Shown: piece by piece, positions 54,945 to 64,000 of the stretch | Position numbering within the stretch: the first letter of the stretch is position 1 | Layout of the letters: each line of letters begins with the position of its first letter | Position numbers and translations under genes: made by a program | Source: Octopus vulgaris | Lineage: Eukaryota | NCBI GenBank assembly: GCA_951406725.2 | Contig: OX597820.1 | Span: forward strand, 67,952,001-68,016,000 | Length of the DNA stretch: 64,000 nucleotides | Direction: 5' to 3' | The notes under the pieces: generated by a model | Seen by the model: the letters and a program-made list of their open reading frames with translations, nothing else | The model's database searches: none | Told to the model about the DNA's origin: nothing

Positions 54945-55251
54945 CACGTGATCACGTGACCGATCAGGCTATCAGATGTTGCTACACATCGCTGGTCACA
55001 ATGCGCTTCGCATTGTTTTAGCCTTCAATGACGCCACCCGCTGGATAAGCGAGCTGGCCAACAAGAGAAAGGGTGAGAGAAAGTTGTGGTGAAAGAGTAC
55101 AGCAGGGATCACCACCACCCCCTGCCGGAGCCTCGTGGAGATTTGGGTGTTTTCGCTCAATAAACACTCACAACGGCCGGTCTGGGAATCGAAACCGCAA
55201 TCCTACGACCGCGAGTCCGCTGGCCTAACGACTGGGCCATTGCGCCTCCAC
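54945..55251 (-). mobile_element. tRNA-derived SINE family C, tail type 1
   Basis: Head gtggaggcgcaatggcccag...ggtttcgattccc; perfect 15-bp TSD ccgtcgaagggttat (54930-44 / 55252-66). Confidence 0.9.
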
Positions 55252-55377
55252 CCGTCGAAGGGTTATATGCCCCATCATTAGACTATTTTCTTTAGTGATT
55301 GCTCGGTGATCGCTTATAAGGTATTATTATTATTTACAGAATTGTAAATATCGACACTGCTTACTAAAAACCATCGC

Positions 55378-55459
<82 letters not shown>

Positions 55460-56296
55460 GTGTGTGCGTGTGTGTGTGTGTGTGCATACATATATTTTCA
55501 CATATAGTTTAAAACAAGCTGAGTTTCACTTTACTTTTCACTCCTCCAGGGTCAGTAAAATACAATGTATTTAGTAAGGTCGATTAATCCACACTATATC
55601 TCCTTTGTAAACATCGACCTTGTATCTTGTCAGAAGAAAAGAAAAACGTAGAATTGTAGTTGTGTTATGTTTTGCTCTCAGCATTGAGCTCAAAGCGAAG
55701 TACTGAATATTTCTGCCGCAGGTCATGGCTTACAACACATTGTGAACATTTATGTTACAGAGATCAAGTTCATTCAATGCAGATATCATGTTTTACATTT
55801 TGTAATTTTACCTTTTACTGTAGAACACATTTTCTTCTTTTAAATCGTGATTCTATATCATTGTTTGACTTTGAAAATAGTTTCAAGCCATTTATAATTT
55901 ATCATATTTTTTCCAACGGAATTTTCTGTGGATTCTATGTTTTCTGTGATCGGCTAAGGATTACCTCATATAGAAAAAGCAATACAGACTATGAATTCTC
56001 TCAGTGTATAATTTTGCTGGACGTTAGTTTGCTGGAGGTGAACATTAGATATATTAGAACTTAGACCAATCTTCTAACATTTTACAACTTTCAAATGCAG
56101 TGATTTTTAAGAGATAAAAAGAAATTGTGGTAAGTTCTCGGTAAGCTTTTTCTAAAACTAGTACACAATTGGGGAGTGTTTAACATTACTTACATCACAT
56201 ATACCAACAATTTGCAGACGGTTGGAAAAAAGGTCGACCACAGTATCTTATATTCAACAAGACCAATGAGAATGAATTTATCTCTAGTTATTCAAT

Positions 56297-56684
56297 GGAT
56301 GGAAGCACTCCGTCGGTTACGACGACGAGGGTTCCGGTTGATCCGAATCAACGGAACAGCCTGCTCGTGAAATTAACGTGTAAGTGGCTGAGCACTCCAC
56401 AGACACGTGTACCCTTAACGTAGTTCTCGGGGATATTCAGCGTGACACAGAGAGTGACAAGGCCGGCCCTTTGAAATACAGGTACAACAGAAACAGGAAG
56501 TAAGAGTGAGAGAAAGTTGTGGTGAAAGAGTACAGAAGGGATCACCACCATCCCCTGCCGGAGCCTCGTGGAGCTTTAGGTGTTTTCGCTCAATAAACAC
56601 TCACAACGCCCGGTCTGGGAATCGAAACCGCGATCCTATGACCGCGAGTCCGCTGCCCTAACCACTGGGCCATTGCGCCTCCAC
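56297..56684 (-). mobile_element. tRNA-derived SINE family C, tail type 2
   Basis: Same ~180-bp head as 54945-55251 with a different tail; TSD agttattcaat (56286-96 / 56685-95). Confidence 0.9.
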
Positions 56685-56899
56685 AGTTATTCAATAACCA
56701 CGGTTGGACAATGTGTCTGCTATTCGTCTACATATAGAATTGTAGCTGACCATTTTAATAACGTATAAGGGTCTGAATTCATATTTAATGGTTACAGTTT
56801 AGTTTGTTATGTCTACGACCAAGCAATTTCTTTTCTTGTCTCACCTGCCCATGGTTTAGAAGATGTAGAAAAAAGAGGCGAGTGTATAATCTATCTTAC

Positions 56900-57270
56900 G
56901 TTTTATCTTTTACTTGTTTCACTCATTGGGTTGTGACCATGATAGGACACCGCCTCGATGGGTTTTAATCGAATAAATCGCCTGCAGTACTTATTTTTAA
57001 AGTCTTGTACTCATTCTATCGGTTTTTTTGCCGAACCGATATGTTACACAGGTTGTAAAGTGTGGTGGTGGTGGGGGACGTACAAACACATAAAAAGACA
57101 CACACATAAACACATATACACACACAATGGGCTTCCACACAATTTCCGTCTACCAGATCCACTTATGAGGCATTGATTGGCCCGGGGCTATAGTAAAAAT
57201 TATTTGCCCATGGTGGCGCGCAATGGAACTAAATCTCAAACCACATGGATGCAAAGCGTGCATCTTAGCC
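56900..57270 (-). mobile_element. SINE family A (diverged)
   Basis: Homology. Confidence 0.65.
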
Positions 57271-57432
57271 CACCCAAATTAAGTCTAAATATTCTACATG
57301 AATCTTCTCAGTTTGTAGTATTCTGCAAAGGCCATGTGTACTGACCGATTGTATTCTATGACTAAATTTTAAGTGCATATTCAATTACTATGCTGTTTCT
57401 TTTTATTTTGAGGCTATCCAAAGGAAGGAAAT

Positions 57433-57766
57433 AAAAATCAAGGGCACTCAGAGAGCGCAGACCTCCGCCAAATCAACAGCAATTTCCTCTCAACTGAGGA
57501 TATCTGAAATAAACTCAATTGCTCTCACAAATGCTCTTAAAAATTAAGTAAAAAAAAAAAAGAAAAAAACAGAAAAAATAATCCAGAATCCTTGTCCGGC
57601 ACCAGATTCCCAAATCTAATCATTTTGTGCCAGTCACGAGGCCCAAAATCCCTGAAAGTTTCATTCGAATCCATCAAGCGGTTCTTGAGATATCTTGTCC
57701 ACGGACAAACGAACAAACGCAACTGAAAACAATACCTTCGCCTTCGCTAAGGCGAAAGTAATAAAA
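57433..57766 (-). mobile_element. Helentron-associated / DINE-1-like non-autonomous element
   Basis: Minus strand: 5' actttcgcc..ggcgaaggt inverted repeat, short GTTT-type run, 3' ggcggaggt sub-terminal repeat and hairpin gcgctc-tct-gagtgc, T-rich flanks. Confidence 0.65.
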
Positions 57767-58073
57767 ACTTTGTTTTTTTGTAGCTAGGGTGTTGGACTCT
57801 CAATCATAAAGTCGTGGAAGGGATTCTTTGTATCCTTGAGCAAGGCACATCATTTCACGCCTCTGCAGATTACTCAGCCGAATATGATTATCAGCCTAGC
57901 ACTAGTGCAGCCCTTTCTCCCCCCATCTCTTACATCCTTTATGTTCTAATGGATCAAAGGTGGGAGGGTGGTTAGGATATCGCGACTACATAGGTATTTT
58001 AAGCTATTAAGCTAGTAAAAGCATCATACGAACAACCTGAACATTATCCTCTTGCGAGTGACGGTTATGGTGT

Positions 58074-58104
<31 letters not shown>

Positions 58105-58186
58105 ATGTGTGTGTGTACATACATACATATATATATTCATATATATTCATTATTAATGGAATTACTTTATGGAGCTTCTACCTCTT

Positions 58187-58270
<84 letters not shown>

Positions 58271-58271
<1 letters not shown>

Positions 58272-58381
58272 GGATGACCACTAAGTGGACAGCCATTATG
58301 CTAGAAGTCGACCCCCTATGGTCTTACCACTAAGAAAGGAATGACTTCTAGCATAATGGATGTCCACTTAGTGGTCATCCC
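58271..58381. mobile_element. Short MITE with 39-bp TIRs in a TA tract
   Basis: 58271-58309 versus 58343-58381 inverted, with 1 mismatch. Confidence 0.8.
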
Positions 58382-58849
58382 TCTTATATGTATGCAATAT
58401 AATTTTTCTGAATCTTCAGGTTCTTCTACATGCTAGACCACTGGTTTTAAATTGATATTAATCAAATTAATATTCAATTTTTCACTCTTATTATTTTAAA
58501 TTTATATATATATAAGCGGGGGGCTTTAACAGGGATTGCATACATCGCATTTAGAAGTAAAATTTTAGTGCGCATACAAATTGAAGTTCCGATTTCTTGT
58601 AGATGAGATCAACTGAATTAGTATTTCATGTGGGAAAGATAAGCTTCATACATTTTTATATTTCCTACACATATAAATTTTGCTACTCTAATTTTTCTTT
58701 TTTTTTTTTGTGGAACTTCATGAAAATTTTAATTGAAAAAAATCAATGTTACACACTTATAAACATGATCTAAATTGGGGCTATATAAAAACATACCTTT
58801 TATGCTGGGTTTATTCTGCTGCTTAATGAATGAATTTCTTTGTCTAGTT

Positions 58850-59245
58850 CAGCGGTTCTCAACAATTTTCCCCTATGGAACCTCTTTGATTCTTATTTTA
58901 TTCTACTGGTCGCCCATAGTCATTCGATTCATTGCATTCTTATGATTAAATATTTAGGAAATGTATTAGAAATGTTTCAGTATTTTATATATTACAAAAA
59001 TATAAGCAATTTATTCCTCTTACTCTTTTTTTTTTTACTCTTTTGCTTGTTTCAGTCATTTGACTGCGGCTATGCTGGATCACCGCCTTTAGTCGAGGAA
59101 ACCGACACCAGGACTTATTCTTTGTAACGGTCACTTTTTGCCGAACCGCTAAGTTACGGGGACGTAAACACACCAGCATCGGTTGTCAAGCGATGTTGGG
59201 AGGACAAACACAGACACAGACACACACACACACACACACATACGT

Positions 59246-59304
<59 letters not shown>

Positions 59305-59544
59305 TATGTATATACGACGGGCTTCTTTCAGTTTCCGTCTACCAAATCCACTCACAAGGCTTTGGTCGGCTCGAGGCTATAGTAGAAGACACTTGCCCAA
59401 GGTGCCACGCAGTGGGACTGAACCCGGAACCGTGTGGTTGGTAAGCAAGTTACTTACCACACAGCCACTCCTGCACATAAATTTTAACAGCAAAATCTTA
59501 TATAGACCCCTAAGTGCCATTTGAATCTCGGTTGAGAACCATAG
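58850..59544. mobile_element. hAT (Charlie-like) MITE carrying a nested SINE
   Basis: TIRs cagcggttctcaac / gttgagaaccatag; 8-bp TSD gtctagtt / ctctagtt (7/8). Confidence 0.65.
59018..59475 (-). mobile_element. SINE family A (full length, nested in hAT MITE)
   Basis: Homology. Confidence 0.85.
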
Positions 59545-59929
59545 CTCTAGTTGTTAATGAACTGGTGTGACGCTACAACGTTCCATTTATAAGGGAGCTG
59601 CTGTCGATCCCCATTAATCTGGATGCCATTCCCCGCTGTTAATAGCTTAATCTTCTTATAGAGGTACAAACCCTCGGTTGTGGGGATAGATTTTAGTCGA
59701 TTAGAACAGCTCATTTGTTCTACAACTGATACATATTAAATCGAACGCTGGGGAATGAAAAGAAAAGTTGACCTCGGCGAGATTTGAACTATTTCGTTAT
59801 CCAGAACTTTTAAGCCTAAAATTCAAAAGCAAAGAGAAAGAAAGAAAGAAAGAAATATATGTGTACAGAATTAAATGAGATGAAGTGTGTATCGTAATTT
59901 GCATATGTTTTTTTTTTTTTAAGTTCTTT

Positions 59930-60133
59930 TCTTTTCCTTGTTTCAGCCATTAGACTGCGGCCATGCTGGGGCACCGCCTTGAAACGTTTTTAGTCGAATG
60001 AATGGACCCCAGTGCTTATTTGTTTTAATCCTGCTACTTATGGTACTTATTCTGTCGGTCTCTTTTGCCGAACCGCTTGGTTACGGAGATGTAAACACAC
60101 CAACAACGGTCGGTTGTAAAGCCGTAGTGGAGG

Positions 60134-60182
<49 letters not shown>

Positions 60183-60235
60183 TTTCTTTTCAGTCCCCGT
60201 CTTGCAAATCCACTCACAAGGCTTTGGTTCGCCCG
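59930..60235 (-). mobile_element. SINE family A (lacking head)
   Basis: Homology. Confidence 0.7.
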
Positions 60236-61924
60236 ACGTAAAATTCTTTACTATATTCATATTTAAAAGAAACATTTACGAATTTACTATTTTCATATAC
60301 CAAATATAACGAACACGTAAACAATAAGAATAAACAGCATGAACATATTTCAGTGGGTTGTGTAGTCCCGTTTAATCAAACGATAACAGATCGGTATCAC
60401 GAACAATAGTAAACATTAAGGAAATAGAATCCCCTCAAAGTATAACGAATAATTTATTACAAAACAATAATTCTTTCAATTATCTCCCTTTTTCTTTCTT
60501 TTTCTCTTTTTACTTCCGATGTCAAATATTCATAATACAATCTAATACGGAAGAGCATATTAGATTGCACTTCATGATAAGGATTAAGCTGAACCGATAT
60601 CTATAGAATAAAATTATTAAAGACTTCCCCGCTGAGTTATTGAATCGGCTATCATATTTCTAATAGTAGCGAGGTCAAAGCGAAAACGACTGGCGAGTTT
60701 TGTACCGAGTGCAGGTCGTTAATAAATAATTAACAAGGCAAAAACTTAACATTCTCTCTGTGAGTAGAACTTTAATTTTCCTTTCAACTTGTCTTCTTGG
60801 TGCTGTTAATTGCCGTCTATTATGTTATTTGTAACTCTAGGTTGCACTGCAGGAGGAAGTTCAAGTCCATAGCTGATAGAGTCCATGTTTCGAAAGAAGA
60901 AGAAGAAAGAAAGAAAGAAAGAAAAAGAAAGGAAAAATGAAGATATACAAGTTATAAAGAATGATTAATCATCTTGTATTCTGTTGTAACATGATAAACA
61001 ATGCACGTCTATGCTTGTGCGTGTGTACACTATGAATATCATAGGTTAAGTGGCTGTAGCATACAGTGTCACTTATATAAAGTTTATGAAGTATGGCTGT
61101 TTAAGTAAATAGCAAAGAAATATTTTAGGATTGCCACTAATCTCCTTTCTCATTCGATTTGGTCAACAGCTAATTTACGTTTGGGACATAACAGGGTACA
61201 ACAAAAACAACAACAGGTTTTAGATTGGTGTGAATATTGAGGAATGCGCGGGAACGTGAAGTAGATAAAGCTCTGAATAATGGTTTCAAATTTGGGCCCA
61301 GGACCAGCAATTTTAAGGGAGGAGTAGGTCGATGTAAGTGACTCCAGTGTTTAACTGACACTTATTTTATCAACCGTGAAATGGATGAAAGGCAAAGGTG
61401 ACCTTGGCAGAATTTGAAGCAGAGTGTAAAGAACCGGAAGAAATTCCACCGAGCATTTTGTCCGACCAGTTAACGTTTCTACCGGTTCATCCCTTTCAGT
61501 TAAAGCTAAAAATAATTACGTGTAGATATTGGATTAAAAAACCCTACAAAAAATGTGAGCCCGTGTTTCACGATCAGCTTTCAACTTTTTCTATGCAAAG
61601 GGATCTTTTACCAGATATTTACACGTTATTATTTGTAGCATTATCTACTCTGAGTTCCACCGTTAAAGAGGAATTATTTCACGCTTCTCGAAATTTTAAA
61701 ATCCTTATGAAGTAAACAACAAATCCGTACATACCTAGTTTTTTGGGGAGAGGCGATCTTAAAGTCCTTCAGTAACAGGGAACTTTATCCATGGAGCTAA
61801 TCCACATTTTAACAGGATATGAAAATGCAGGCCTGCCTAACCGAGGAATTCCTGTCTCAATAAGTAGTGTGAAATATTCGCTAAATGTTGTAATAAGGGA
61901 GATATTTCCAGGGAATAGCCAGGC

Positions 61925-62171
61925 ATTAGACAGCGGCCATGTTGGGGCACCGACTTGAAGAAATCTAGTCGAACGAATCGACCCCAGTACTTATTATTTT
62001 AAAGCCTATTACTTGTTCTATCGGGCCCCTTTGCTGAACCGCTAAGTCTCGAGGACATAAACACACCATCACCGGCTGTCAAGCAGTAGTAGGGTATAAA
62101 CATACATACACACACGCACACACTTGCACGAACGCACGCGCACACCCACTCACACACACACCAACTCACAC

Positions 62172-62207
<36 letters not shown>

Positions 62208-62355
62208 CAGGCTTCTTTCAGTTTCCGTCTACTAAATCCATTCACAAAGCTTCGGTCGGCCCGAGGCTTTAGTAGAAGACACTTGTCCAAGGTACCACGC
62301 AGTGGAACTGAACCAGGAACCATGTGGTTGGGAAGCAAACGTCACACCACACACG
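61925..62355 (-). mobile_element. SINE family A
   Basis: Homology. Confidence 0.75.
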
Positions 62356-62569
62356 TTGATCCTTATAGTAATTAATTATGCATCCAGTGGCTCGGTGGAG
62401 TGAGTTATGAATAACTAAGTGTCACGGTCCCTAACACAACATAGTACTGATGCTAAGGTACGTAACCTCACACCCACCGCCGACTGGTTGTCTGGATTAT
62501 CGTATCTTCACCATAAGTACTTTAAAAAAAATCAGGTGAAGATTGGATAATTAACAAGCAGGAAGTAAC

Positions 62570-63090
62570 TCGGTTGTGTGCTTAAGAAGTTCGCTTCTCA
62601 ACCATTTTTGCTTCCGTGTTCTGTCCCTCGGCGCAGTATCTTGGAAAAACGGTTTCTACTAGCCTCTTCCTTTGAGTGAAATTTGATTGAAGGAAACTGT
62701 ATGGAAGCTCGTTACATAAAGGTGTAGGCGTGACTGGCTGTGTGGTAAGGTGTTTGCTTTCCAACAACATTTTTCCGTGTTCAGTTCCACTGCGTGGCAC
62801 CTTGGGCATGTGTTTTCTACTCCATAAATCCCGGGCTGACCAAAGCCTTGTGAGTGGATTCGATATATGATGGGCTTCTTTCAGTCTCTGTCTATATGTA
62901 TTTGTGTGTGTATGTGTGTGTGTACATGTGCATGTTCGCACGCGCGTTTATATCTGTGTTTCCTCACCTCAGCTTCACAACCGGCTGGGTTTGTTTACGT
63001 CCCCGTAAACTTAGCGGTTCGGCCAAATCGTTCGAATGGATAAGTAACAGGCTTAAAATTAAGTATTGGGGTTGATTCGTTCGACTAACA
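62570..63090 (+). mobile_element. SINE family A: diverged head (62570-62720) followed by a near-full copy
   Basis: Homology. Confidence 0.7.
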
Positions 63091-63421
63091 TTCATTATTC
63101 TATAATTATTTTATAATTTAAAGTTTATTTATAACTTACAATACTAAATCCTAAAACTAAACAGATGTTACTAGAATCACCAAAATTTATATATATATCT
63201 ATTTTTTTTATACTTGGGGAAGGTCATGTTTTGCTTTGCCAACTAAACACACGCACTATATATTTGGCCTTTTCTTTAGAGTTATCATTATTTTAGTTTC
63301 TTTGTCAAAGCTCGACACACATACTGTGACCTCTTCAGCGACTTTTTATCCCACGTGTCGCCGCTTCTACTTTCTACTTATATGTATGTATCTATGTGTG
63401 TGTGTGTTTATCTATAGGCGT

Positions 63422-63482
<61 letters not shown>

Positions 63483-63790
63483 ATATCGTCATTAATTCGT
63501 TCTCGACAATTTTCTATCTATTTCACGTGACTGTTAGCTTTATACTGCTGGTCACAGAGGTTTAATATTTTTGATCAGCATCTTATGAGATGTTTTCAAA
63601 ACAGAACATTCTGTAGCGGAAGACATTCTTCAAAATACAATCTCGCATATTTCATTTATACGTTGACTCTTTTTGTTTCTTTTTCGCTTTATAGACTTAA
63701 GCCACAGCCCCAAATAATATACAATTTGCATATACTTTTGTTGAGCACTTTGTGTGAAGAATATCTCGCTAATATATACGCTGTGAATAA

Positions 63791-64000
63791 GGCGGTGATC
63801 TGGCAGAAACGTTAGCACGCCGGGCGAAATGCGTAGCCGTATTTCGTCTGCCGCTACGTTCTGAGTTCAAATTCCGCCGAGGTCGACTTTGCCTTTCATC
63901 CTTTCGGGGTCGATTAAATAAGTACCAGTTACACACTGGTGTCGATGTAATCGACTTAATCCGTTTGTCTGTCCTTAGCCCCTTGTGGGTAGTAAAGAAA
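63791..64000 (+). mobile_element. SINE family B (runs to window end)
   Basis: Homology. Confidence 0.85.

Noticed and set aside
56600-56684. tRNA gene
   Set aside because: The tRNA-like sequence is the head of a TSD-flanked SINE present in multiple copies.

Overview
AT-rich, microsatellite-saturated eukaryotic non-coding DNA. The repeat complement (several tRNA-derived SINE families; RTE, CR1 and Tx1 LINE remnants; Tc1/mariner relics; Helitron-type elements) resembles an octopod cephalopod genome; this is inference. I could not support any intact host protein-coding gene, and nearly all ORFs in the track are microsatellite artefacts. The standout is a ~1.88-kb array (20597-22475) of about 5.2 near-identical 360-bp units inserted into a (TA)n tract. 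Each unit carries an extended type I hammerhead-ribozyme fold with a non-canonical CCGACGA core and a palindromic mini stem III (GAAAC-CAUG-GUC). The left ~2 units are inverted, with breakpoints that fit twin-primed reverse transcription of a multimeric or circular RNA. This makes it a candidate young retrozyme (circular-RNA retroelement). Four additional minimal hammerhead-like motifs lie in Penelope-like terminal-repeat fragments, one with the same CCGACGA core, suggesting a possible mobilising partner. All coordinates were read by eye, and element boundaries are approximate unless a TSD or terminus is cited.
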